Virus record (IMG/VR): IMGVR_UViG_3300046376_000226
Location: 1 to 64,000 of that record
Strand: one strand, 5' to 3'
Source of the DNA: a virus
DNA length: 64,000 nt
Positions 47,801 to 56,180 of this stretch are shown piece by piece. Below the pieces are notes generated by a model. It did no database searches, was not told the origin of the DNA, and saw nothing but the letters and a program-made list of their open reading frames with translations. The translations under genes and the position numbers were made by a program. How positions within the stretch are numbered: the first letter of the stretch is position 1; each line of letters opens with the position of its first letter.

Positions 47801-50527
47801 GGCATTGAGATTAGAATAGTAGCCTTCCAGGTCGTTATAGAACTTGTTTCCCAGGCTCTTGTACGGCGTTTTCAAGCCCAGGGCGGCCAGCTTCTCGTTT
47901 AAATGCCCGAAATTATTAGCCAGGATATTAGTCGAGATGCCCTGGATATAGGATTGATGCGGTTCACCGGCTTTTCTGGGCAGGCTGACGCCTACGGAGG
48001 TAGGAATAAAACTGTGTCCCACTAGCTGTCCTACCGTAGTTCCCATCAGACGCGCCTCCGGGGTGTGTTCTTCGTACTGGACAGTGCGACTTTCGCGGGT
48101 GGGATAACGCTGAGCTTCTTTAGGTGCCGACAGATAACTGATATGCATCGGGCGCTTCTCAGCGATCGCTTGCTCGGCTTGGGCTAACATCTGGCGCTGC
48201 GGACCATGCTTGCCTTCCGGTAAGCCTCCTAGGAGCTGGTCATGGATCGGGTCGCCTTCAACGAAGTGCTCGCCTTTTATCGCGCCGTCTTTTTGTTTCT
48301 TAACACGCGGATCATCCTCGGAAACTAAGCGGGCGTGTTCTTTAACGGCTTCGGGTAATTTCGTTCCGGGGCTAAGCGCTTTAAATGCTGGCGGGTTAGC
48401 TTGGCCGTGGGTGCTACCTGGTGGCGCTCCTCCGGTGTAGATTCCACCCTTGGCTGGCGCAGTTGGCTGTGCGGTCGTAGCCGGTGGTACCGGTGCTTTA
48501 GCCGGTGGTACCGGCGCTTTAGCTGCCGCAATCGGCTTCTTTGGCGCTGGTGCTGAAGGAGCAGGGAGGAGCGTCTTCGGTTTAGCTGGCGCAACCGGCT
48601 GGACTTTCCCGAGTTCCGGTTTTTGCAGGAGCGAAAGCTCAACTGTCTTGGCGCTAGGCTGAGCAGGAAGAGAAGAAGGTGCCGCTGGCGGGGGCAGTAA
48701 GGACTGCGGCCTGGCGGCCGGGGCAGCCGGAGCTGGTAGCTGGGCTGACTGGGAAGCACCCGGAAGGATATTCTGGGTATCGGTAATGGCTCGCGGCTGA
48801 CTAGATCCCCGCGTGATTAGTTTAGTTGTTAACGGGGTTTGTTCTTCCTCTTCCTCTTCCTCGGTTTGCGCGGCTTGAGCTTGCGGTGTTCTGCCGCGAA
48901 AAGGCCAGGGAATCCCGCCAAACCAACCACCTTGGCTTGGAGCGGCTTCCGGTGCCGCGCTAATATGGGCTGTTCCTCCGCTAGCGCCCAGTGGGACCTC
49001 TGTCTGTGCAGGCGCAGGCGCATTGGTTTCACTAGGAACCATGGGCACTAACGTGTCTCCACCTTTGCCTTTACCTTTACCTTCACCACCGCCTTTGCCG
49101 GTGAGTTCAATGTCAGGGATTGGGTAGGGCTTACCATCACCGCCGACTATCTGGTAGCTGACAGCATGGTTATCGCTAAATCCCATGTCTTTGGCCGCAC
49201 CGTAGGTTAGGTCTAATACTTTACCTGGGTGCCTCCCTAGAGAGCCCTGGATATCGACAATCGGGAACTTGTGGATCTTGCCGTTGGGATCCGGTAGTTC
49301 GACATGAGCAGATTGAATCTGCCGGATGATCGCTTTGGCTTCAGGCGTATCCAATGCGTCATAACCGCCCTTCGAATTTAGCTGAGCAAAATGGCCGAAG
49401 GTCTTTTCCAGGACATCTACTGGCACGGCAACCGCCTTTAAATTTGGGTTCCGCGTGTTGACTCCACCAAAGAAGCCCCGCCCGTTATCATCAGCATCGA
49501 TACTACCGTCGTAATTGAGTCCAAAACTGGTGGCGGTACCGTAGATCCTCTTCCCGTCAATTGTGGTTGGCGCCTGATCTCCGGTGCCGGGTGATGGCAG
49601 TTGAATCTTGGGGGACTTTGCGCCTGTTTCACTACCGCTTGTTTGCGGCTCGCCACCGCCTTTCCGTCGATTGAATTCGGCAATAACTCTCGGGTCATCA
49701 AGCCGGTCGGTATCTAAGCTGCGCGCAATTTCGGATTTAAGCAGCGTGTCATTCAGGTTATCCTGCTCGCTGGGCTTGGCTGGCTCTGCCTTGGGCTTGG
49801 GTGCTGCCCCTGAAAGCGTCTTGGGCTCCTGACCTGAAACAATTGCTTGAGCGGCCCCTGGACTGTGTCCCTGATTAATCAGACCTCTCAGCTGCTCCTC
49901 GGTATCGGGCTGATCCTCGGCTATTTTCGGATAGACGGTCGGTTGCTGCTGGGGAGACTGTTGCTGCGGAGACTGCTGCTGGGGCGGCTGGGGCGGCGGC
50001 AACTCCCGACTCGCCATAGAGACCGGGGGCGCTGGCTGCTGTTGCTGGGGCTGCTGGTTGACCTTAGCTTCTGGTGCGTTAGGGGCAAAAACCTTTGGTT
50101 GATCTCCTTTCGCCTTCTCGACTGGAACTTCTGGCGCGTCTGGAGCAAAAGTTTTGGTTTCTGACTTCTCGACTGGGACCGCTGATGCGTCTGGAGCAAA
50201 AACTTTTCCACTGGGAGGAGGTTCTTGTGTTTTTGGCGGAAGCTCCTCGCGAGAGTGTAACTGGAAGGGATTCCCAGAGCGCGAAGGGTCTGGCGGCAAC
50301 GTCCATGGAATTTTTGATATGGCCGCCACGGGATCGGGATCACCCAATGCCAGCTGTTTGACGCTACCTCCCTCTTCGTATCCACGAGCGCCCTGGTTCA
50401 ATTGGTCCAGTTTCTTTACACCTATGCGCCTGACAGCATCCCGTTTTATTACGTACTCACCGGGCGTCAGCATCGCCGGAACGGTGTCAGTAGGACCAGG
50501 AGCGGGAGGTGGGGGGCGTGTCGGCAT
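44900..50527 (-). CDS. Large multidomain internal virion/ejection protein (1875 aa)
   Basis: N-terminal DTVPAMLTPGEYVIKRDAV motif, RlpA/DPBB-like segment, disordered linkers, C-terminal globular domain. Confidence 0.8.
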   Translation of the reverse strand: MPTRPPPPAPGPTDTVPAMLTPGEYVIKRDAVRRIGVKKLDQLNQGARGYEEGGSVKQLALGDPDPVAAISKIPWTLPPDPSRSGNPFQLHSREELPPKTQEPPPSGKVFAPDASAVPVEKSETKTFAPDAPEVPVEKAKGDQPKVFAPNAPEAKVNQQPQQQQPAPPVSMASRELPPPQPPQQQSPQQQSPQQQPTVYPKIAEDQPDTEEQLRGLINQGHSPGAAQAIVSGQEPKTLSGAAPKPKAEPAKPSEQDNLNDTLLKSEIARSLDTDRLDDPRVIAEFNRRKGGGEPQTSGSETGAKSPKIQLPSPGTGDQAPTTIDGKRIYGTATSFGLNYDGSIDADDNGRGFFGGVNTRNPNLKAVAVPVDVLEKTFGHFAQLNSKGGYDALDTPEAKAIIRQIQSAHVELPDPNGKIHKFPIVDIQGSLGRHPGKVLDLTYGAAKDMGFSDNHAVSYQIVGGDGKPYPIPDIELTGKGGGEGKGKGKGGDTLVPMVPSETNAPAPAQTEVPLGASGGTAHISAAPEAAPSQGGWFGGIPWPFRGRTPQAQAAQTEEEEEEEQTPLTTKLITRGSSQPRAITDTQNILPGASQSAQLPAPAAPAARPQSLLPPPAAPSSLPAQPSAKTVELSLLQKPELGKVQPVAPAKPKTLLPAPSAPAPKKPIAAAKAPVPPAKAPVPPATTAQPTAPAKGGIYTGGAPPGSTHGQANPPAFKALSPGTKLPEAVKEHARLVSEDDPRVKKQKDGAIKGEHFVEGDPIHDQLLGGLPEGKHGPQRQMLAQAEQAIAEKRPMHISYLSAPKEAQRYPTRESRTVQYEEHTPEARLMGTTVGQLVGHSFIPTSVGVSLPRKAGEPHQSYIQGISTNILANNFGHLNEKLAALGLKTPYKSLGNKFYNDLEGYYSNLNAGHTATGRGHALGTEDLPNIPDPSHVPYKLKRREADFINTVINNTMAFAGHEDAQKLRELAKANGTLITPEGETNRMRHHIEQHDPGWRNRVLEPSVRSFKTGLIVAHHQDERYFPETIRPGKEFQNLTRAIQNTSEQGRPDVPIATSLHHTYQDNAQINKIERDFSDHKIDEAEAHRRLEAMGEDPDEYRFVGGSGGLVTPYEDDPEAITPEEHTQMKHNLREQWINGKIDVEKYRQKAAEVPLPTKPAGFAKGGLVKPQGDPDDLAGQTVSTTAAPPATPPPDQDDEPPAAAPTKTPPAAPSAKPQPSPEQPEAIRAAAVHHVPTGKITEGFTHYDAAVAAERRKDPNNYEVGFTTNKGRFVDRDEAHQIAKSAKQVGKTEDESLAAEDLGRNRLVPEKPTSTETEAAKPKPQKAAPPAPGEPLPETAGTKPGAKPGAEEEAEEPEAEEQPAPGKVKKTKAEADEEKAIKAEAMRTAAIDRDKIETPEDKKEQAASVRLNKISKAWVKQNPDIHPQSMHAHLTGARSFPGKLKNEQIGEYYDANNPKLDYENEEHREHASDAVVHDVMHSLAGTTTGGKPSHAFGWYSRTIRKALKKAGEIAPKIATDKDHDLAFKLAWAITSQGQDVFPNTESTWAAYHHFVKTGRLPESREIFGGGLKAEQMEENFAKINKLWHGDENNPGLGSDKLRKMLMKRMTVGELAKQYPGLDVGGELAHHTVNGAMMLGAKIGAFFSNLNGDYDPTTMDLWFSRNMNLMAGNMFKFSDEATRKDRIEKGEVVKSHLSQLRDVLNSGLVSIDEDQAKTISKELDALMAVPEGKLDRPTARALAPEIYKWARQRHRLYQQSPGVEGSYDESFKTPENLTAKKLDEGTTKLADAPRNGTEREWWRDIMRRAGEKLKAAGVHLTNADKQALLWFDIKDLFKMAGSPQRPKADYLDAMHALVYKVKQGKLPSLPVEEMQEAA

Positions 50528-50576
50528 CGTTGATTTCCTACTTGAGTTTCAATCCTCGGTACTGTATAGTGGACAC

Positions 50577-50804
50577 ATGCTGCGGCGGCTTTTACTCTTA
50601 TTCCTGTTCCCTTATTTGCTTGCGGGGTTGCTTGCGGGAATCTATTTCCTGTGCTGGGCTGTGGCGTGGGCTTTCTTTGTTCTGGCGATTCCTATCTGTG
50701 AAATAACGCATCTGAATTACAATTTTGTGATGCTAGCAGAAGGAGTAGCACTGGTAATATGGTTGCTCTATTTATGTACTAAAGAAGCACTCAAGAAGTC
50801 TTAG
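50577..50804 (+). CDS. Small antisense membrane protein (moron-like)
   Basis: 75 aa with 2 hydrophobic segments; TTGAGT-17-TATAGT promoter ends 7 nt before the ATG. Confidence 0.6.
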   Translation: MLRRLLLLFLFPYLLAGLLAGIYFLCWAVAWAFFVLAIPICEITHLNYNFVMLAEGVALVIWLLYLCTKEALKKS

Positions 50805-53410
50805 GGTTTAGTTTTCAACTTCCCGTCTCCATCCCAGAACAACGTGCCGCTCTTGATGGCCTTGTAATCGGCATCGGTCTTGGGACGAGGTGCAGCATCT
50901 GAAATTTCCTTACTTACAGGCGTTGGTGAAAGTGAAACCTTTGCTGACGTAGATCCATCGCTCGAAGCATCCCAGCCGTGAGTAGGTGACCAAGGGGCAT
51001 CCCACTTCCTTTGCGGCGGTATCCCGATGTTATTTACTAGATTGCGATTCTTGTCCCTCATCCTATTGTTTTCATCCTCTATGTAGCCCTTTGTTGAATC
51101 CGTTAAGTTGCTCAGATTTTTCAGATCCGTTTCTGGGATGCGAGAACCGCCCTTGGTTAACTCGTCATTGTAGCGTTTGTAATCAGCTATAGCGTTGTTT
51201 TTAACCTCTCTGATGCCAGCCAGAGCCGTATCATAATCATTACCCCCTTGGGTAATTTTATTTAGAGGATTGATAGTGCTCACATTCGTTCCTCTCGGTA
51301 CCGAGAGGTCTATATTAGTAAACGGAATAGTACCACCCAACTCTTCCTGCTTCGGCGTCGCTGCGATGCCCTCGTATGTGCCTCCTGGTGTTTTCCCCAA
51401 GTGAGTGTTTAGATTTACCATGTCCTGCGCCAGCGAATCCGCGAACTTATTTACCGGCCCTTTTTTGGCCAGGAAGTCCCAGAAATCGTGTCCCCAGGAC
51501 TGCGCCCAGCTTGGCATCCCAGGCTGATATGCTGCCTGCGCCCAGGCAGCTTCCTTGCTCCGGACCATTTCATCTTGGGAAATAGTACTCAGAGGTATCT
51601 TATTCTCCTTTAGCCATAAGATCTTATCTTCAATTTGCTGCGCGTCCTTGATAGAATTTGCTGCGTTCTGAAGTCCAATTGCTTGAGGGCCTGTCGGGTC
51701 AGGAGCATTGGGATGGAGCTTGTAAAACCTGGCGTGCCGGAGCCACAAGTCCTGCCACTCTGGGCTAGAGTTCTTGATTGTGTCATAATTCATGGTTATA
51801 CCGTCTGGGATCGGTGGGCCACCGGGCCCAGCGTATTCCTCAAGCAGTTGTTGCTTACGCAAGTCCTCTGGACTCCCTTGTCCCGGTACAAATCCACTAG
51901 AGCCTTTGTAGAAGCGCCGTTCTAAAAATGGGTGTGCTGCATCCTCAGGAAGCGACGTATAAACCTTGCCCTTCTCATCTGTTTGCCAATTGAAAATAGG
52001 GTGAGCGGAATTCGCATCAGCATTCAATGTTTCCGCTGAGGCGTTCTCCTTTTGAGCATCAGCTGCTGCTTTCGCGCCCTCTACCGCCTGCTGATTACTA
52101 CCGCCAGCCATTAATGCAGGGTTTACCGCGCCTGTCTGACTAACAGTGGGTCCCTGCGGCATTTGATATGGAGCAGGATTATAGGCCCCAGGAGCCGCTG
52201 GCGGCCCTGTTTGGTCTTGGGCGATTGTCGGGTAACGCTGAGCCGGGTTCGGTTGCTGGGGGACCGGAGGAGCAGGGGCACTCGCCGGAAAGGGGACCTG
52301 ATTGCCAAAAGGCGACCAAACCGGACCCTGCTGGCTGCTAGGTGGTTGTTGTCCGTTGCCCTGTGGTTGTTGTGCGTTGCTCTGCTGCTCTAATACCTCG
52401 CTGGCATTGTGGTTAGTCATTAATGCCCGACCCCACGGTGTTGCTGCTAACTGCGAGGCGGATATCGTGGTCGAGCCGCCGCCCTTCAGGTTGATAACCC
52501 AGGCGGGTTCGCCCTTAATGCCGCCACCGGACAAATAGGTAGCGTCCTGGGCAGCGGTACTGACATTAGTCCTGAAAGCATCCAGTACCGCTTTTGGCGC
52601 AATAACCGGATGAACGTTCTGATCTTGCCAATGAGCCAGCGCACTTGCTTCAGGCGGGGGCGGGGCTGCTTGAGCTTGTTGCGGCGCTTGGTTATCCGGT
52701 GCCGGGGGCGCTAAGGGCGTTGGTCGCCGTGCCGGACTCCAGATGGAGCCGCCTTGTTGCGGCGGGTTGACTTGGGGCGGTGGTTCCTGCGCCTGCGTCG
52801 GTTCATAGTTACCCGTGGAAGGGTTCAAGAACATGCGTGTGCCCAGACCCGCTGCCTGGCGCTCTAGCGCCATTTGATTTAGAGGAGCAGCGTCCGATTT
52901 AGACTCAGAGCTTACAGTTCCTCCGGCATCATAACCTCGCACTAGACCTCCCTGCGCCATCCCTGCGCTAGGATCCTTCGGGGGAGGTTGCGGGGGTGTT
53001 CCCGATGTCCACTGATTGCTCCCAGGTTTTGCCTCGTAGTATGGCTGACCGTTTTCGTCTACCCCCGTATTCTTACCAGTACGAGTTATAGTCGGGTTCG
53101 GCTTCGTTACTGTTTTATTGTCACTGCCGTCGCCAGTGGTGTCTATATTTTGCGCGGCCTGTTGCGTGACTGGCTGCGTTATAGGAGCAACCATGGTCGC
53201 ACCTTGAGGAGTCTCTGCGACGGTACCATAGAGCCAGTTTTTATTCGCGGCCGCATGCTTCATTGCCGCCTCACCGAGTTGCGCCCTCTGTACCCCCTCT
53301 TTCATCTGCTCCCGCACCAGCGGGTTTATAGGCGAACTCATGAGTTGGTTAGCCGCTTCCATTGCGGTCTTACCAACCCCCGCCCACAGCGCACCTGCTT
53401 CTGTTGGCAC
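50801..53410 (-). CDS. Internal virion/ejection protein (869 aa)
   Basis: P/Q-rich low complexity with GMAQGGLVRGYDAGGTV motif; position in the operon. Confidence 0.7.
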   Translation of the reverse strand: MPTEAGALWAGVGKTAMEAANQLMSSPINPLVREQMKEGVQRAQLGEAAMKHAAANKNWLYGTVAETPQGATMVAPITQPVTQQAAQNIDTTGDGSDNKTVTKPNPTITRTGKNTGVDENGQPYYEAKPGSNQWTSGTPPQPPPKDPSAGMAQGGLVRGYDAGGTVSSESKSDAAPLNQMALERQAAGLGTRMFLNPSTGNYEPTQAQEPPPQVNPPQQGGSIWSPARRPTPLAPPAPDNQAPQQAQAAPPPPEASALAHWQDQNVHPVIAPKAVLDAFRTNVSTAAQDATYLSGGGIKGEPAWVINLKGGGSTTISASQLAATPWGRALMTNHNASEVLEQQSNAQQPQGNGQQPPSSQQGPVWSPFGNQVPFPASAPAPPVPQQPNPAQRYPTIAQDQTGPPAAPGAYNPAPYQMPQGPTVSQTGAVNPALMAGGSNQQAVEGAKAAADAQKENASAETLNADANSAHPIFNWQTDEKGKVYTSLPEDAAHPFLERRFYKGSSGFVPGQGSPEDLRKQQLLEEYAGPGGPPIPDGITMNYDTIKNSSPEWQDLWLRHARFYKLHPNAPDPTGPQAIGLQNAANSIKDAQQIEDKILWLKENKIPLSTISQDEMVRSKEAAWAQAAYQPGMPSWAQSWGHDFWDFLAKKGPVNKFADSLAQDMVNLNTHLGKTPGGTYEGIAATPKQEELGGTIPFTNIDLSVPRGTNVSTINPLNKITQGGNDYDTALAGIREVKNNAIADYKRYNDELTKGGSRIPETDLKNLSNLTDSTKGYIEDENNRMRDKNRNLVNNIGIPPQRKWDAPWSPTHGWDASSDGSTSAKVSLSPTPVSKEISDAAPRPKTDADYKAIKSGTLFWDGDGKLKTKP

Positions 53411-53536
53411 TTGGACGTATTGAGGGTGATATTGACTGGGGGTGAAGGTATACGGAACGTTTACCGCCTGCCTTTGGGTTTCGGGGGCTGCGATGGTACT
53501 AACCCTCTTCTTTCTGTGTTATGACATGTTGCGGTT

Positions 53537-54883
53537 CTAGACCAAGCCTTCCATGCGCAATCTGTAATAGAGGTCGTTTGGATTTTCCTGTTGCCCTTCT
53601 CCACGCTGTGATTGGGACTGGTTTAACGTCACTTCTTTCGCGGGAGGTGGAGCCGGGATCGCTGATGTCTGCATCTGCCACGGTTTAACTGACTGGGCGT
53701 ATTGCTGGGCGGCAGCCGTTAAGCCTGAGGCTAGCCCGCCAATTACGCCAGCCGCTTGGACTCTAGGATTTTGCCCTCCGCTCCACGAGGTATTAGCGGC
53801 ATTCGCTGCGTCAATTGATGGTGAAGCAGTGGCCACTCCTCCGGTCGTTTGCGGTGCCTGCGGAGTGGTTGGGGTTGGAGGCCCAACTTGTAAAGACTGG
53901 GTTCGGTCGGCGTAACTCTGGCCAGCCGGTCCTGGGTTTGTGGCATTAATGCCTGCCAGAGAGAGAGCCCTTCTGCGAGCCTCTTCAGGCTGGTCATCGC
54001 CCACATAACCTCCGGAGTCCATTCCAACTGGGGGTACTAACCCACCAGAGCGCATCTTTATTGGCGGCCCTCCTGCAATCGCGCTTTGTAGTTGGCTGTG
54101 AAAGTCTGCGATATCCGCAGGCGTAGCGGAACTGGGGTCACCGCCAAAATGAGCAAATATGGCCTTACCAGCATCGGCTAATGCGTTGGTGTGAGCCGAC
54201 AAAAAATCTGGTGCGGCGGGAGGCTGGCCTGGCTGGGTAATGGGTACAGCAGGTGGCGCTCCTGGCGCGGCGGGTGCGTGTACCCTGGCAAAAGCTTGTC
54301 CAGGCTGATAAGGCACATAATCCACCCCGCCAGAAGCGAGGGGTTGAGGAGTCCCGCCCCCGCTCGGGGGTAGCGGTGTGGCAGCCTGGAAGACTCCCGG
54401 CATCTGGGGTCCCTCGGAACCGGGACCGGCCTTCAGGAAACCGGGCTGGAATGGGCCGAAGGTGGGTGAACCCACGTTTTGAACCCCGCCAATGCTGGCC
54501 TGGCCGCTCGGGATTGGGTTGTAGACCGGGTAACCGCCATAGCGACCCAGTCCTACCGCGCTAAGACCAGCTGCACCCAGATTGGTTAGTCCAGCATCGG
54601 GACCGCCCACACCGTAGGGCGAATTTGTGCTGCCGCCTTGGCTATTACCACCGCTGCCCTGCGCATTGAGCCCCGCTAGATTCGTTCCGCCCCGCGCATT
54701 AATCAGCCCCGCTAGATTACTCGGATCATTTTGGTTGTTGGCGCCCTGGGCAATGGTGGGAGCAATACTACTGATGAAGGTGCCGACCTGGTCCAAGGGA
54801 ACATTCTGGGCTTGTAACGCCTGCGCTACACCCGGCCCGAAGGTGCTCGCAACGCTGTTCCAATCGCTAAAACTAGCTGCCAT
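53537..54883 (-). CDS. Gly/Pro/Ala-rich internal virion protein
   Basis: Low complexity with MRSGGLV and MDSGGYV motifs; overlaps the tfuA stop. Confidence 0.65.
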   Translation of the reverse strand: MAASFSDWNSVASTFGPGVAQALQAQNVPLDQVGTFISSIAPTIAQGANNQNDPSNLAGLINARGGTNLAGLNAQGSGGNSQGGSTNSPYGVGGPDAGLTNLGAAGLSAVGLGRYGGYPVYNPIPSGQASIGGVQNVGSPTFGPFQPGFLKAGPGSEGPQMPGVFQAATPLPPSGGGTPQPLASGGVDYVPYQPGQAFARVHAPAAPGAPPAVPITQPGQPPAAPDFLSAHTNALADAGKAIFAHFGGDPSSATPADIADFHSQLQSAIAGGPPIKMRSGGLVPPVGMDSGGYVGDDQPEEARRRALSLAGINATNPGPAGQSYADRTQSLQVGPPTPTTPQAPQTTGGVATASPSIDAANAANTSWSGGQNPRVQAAGVIGGLASGLTAAAQQYAQSVKPWQMQTSAIPAPPPAKEVTLNQSQSQRGEGQQENPNDLYYRLRMEGLV

Positions 54884-56180
54884 GGGTTGACTCCTTTGCC
54901 GCGTTAAGTCTTTCTAAGGCTACCCCTAGCTCGATGCAGTTGCTGAAACCGGTATCCAGGAGGTATTCTTCCGGATTGCAGTGCAGTTCTAGCCCCTCAC
55001 GTTCAAAATGCTCAGTTAGTATTTCAAAAGCGCCTCGCTCGAGGTTAACGCTGAGCCAATCGTCAACGCCGCTCTCTTTGATCTTCTTTTCAGTTGTAAC
55101 CGCTTGGGTCGCCCAGTAATCAAAGGCTTGATGGGTGCGCAAATAATCAATGATTTGCTGGCTATTGCGCCGGTACATCTTAGCCACGGTATTACTATGT
55201 TGTAATTTGCGGATGCGAGCATTCTGGATAATCAGCCGGTTGTACTCGCCCTGGGTCCAGCCATTAGCTGAAAGGTAAGAGGAAAACTCGCCCGGGGTTT
55301 CGATACCGCTGCGCTGTTGGAACCGGATATTCTCGCGCTCGACTTCCTCAATCGAGACGGTCACTAGCAGCAGATCGCAAAGCATCAGCGCCAGTTCCTG
55401 GTTAGAGCTGTCCCAGCAGATCCGCTCATACTCGGGGTGGTGAAGCAGCACGTAAGCGTCGATGTGCTGTTGGGGAATCGGTTCGTCGTTGACCTCAATC
55501 CTGCGATCCCGTTCATAGAGCGCCTGGAAAAAACGGGAGAGGTGGTCTGGAGTGGGCTTAAGCTTGGGCTCTGGTTTCAGTTCGCGGAAATTTTCCAGGA
55601 GCGCAGTAGCGTCAATGGCCTTCTGAGGTATGAGCGGGAAATCGGGACCACCCCAAAGCTGTTCACAGACCTCCTTAGTCCGCTCTGTGTAATTGATCTT
55701 CTGCGCTGCGGCAAGGAACGCTTCGGCCTTGTTATCTTTGACTGCGTTGACCCCGGCCCTGATATCGACCAATGGAACAGTGAAACATTTATAGTCTCCA
55801 CTGGGTAATTCAGCATACGAAACAGCCACCTCCCCGTCATCTTCGGTTACACCGTCTCGATACCATTCGTAGATCTGGCCCACACCGATCATTCCCAGCC
55901 AATCCAACTCCGATGCGCGTAAAGCGCCCATCGATGCCGCGCCATAGATGGCCTTGACGCCCGGATACTGGAGCGCATAGACGATCTCCTTATGCCAGGG
56001 GGATAAATTTTCCCTGAACGAACCATCCACCAGAAGGATATGCGTAGGATTCAGGTTAACTACGTCGGTGACGATGTCCCCTTGTCGGGCAGGTCGACGG
56101 TAGATTGCCTCAGGAAGGATCTCGCGTGCCCGTGTTATAGGCAGCGAAGGGCCCAGATAGACTAGGACTTTCTCACTCAT
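54873..56180 (-). CDS. tfuA: TfuA-like protein with C-terminal extension
   Basis: VYLGPSL...PARQGDI...LVDGSF...PWHKEI...YGAASMGALRASEL..GMIGVGQIYEWYRDGVTEDDGEVAV...TVPLVDIR...QKAIDA. Confidence 0.93.
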   Translation of the reverse strand: MSEKVLVYLGPSLPITRAREILPEAIYRRPARQGDIVTDVVNLNPTHILLVDGSFRENLSPWHKEIVYALQYPGVKAIYGAASMGALRASELDWLGMIGVGQIYEWYRDGVTEDDGEVAVSYAELPSGDYKCFTVPLVDIRAGVNAVKDNKAEAFLAAAQKINYTERTKEVCEQLWGGPDFPLIPQKAIDATALLENFRELKPEPKLKPTPDHLSRFFQALYERDRRIEVNDEPIPQQHIDAYVLLHHPEYERICWDSSNQELALMLCDLLLVTVSIEEVERENIRFQQRSGIETPGEFSSYLSANGWTQGEYNRLIIQNARIRKLQHSNTVAKMYRRNSQQIIDYLRTHQAFDYWATQAVTTEKKIKESGVDDWLSVNLERGAFEILTEHFEREGLELHCNPEEYLLDTGFSNCIELGVALERLNAAKESTHGS

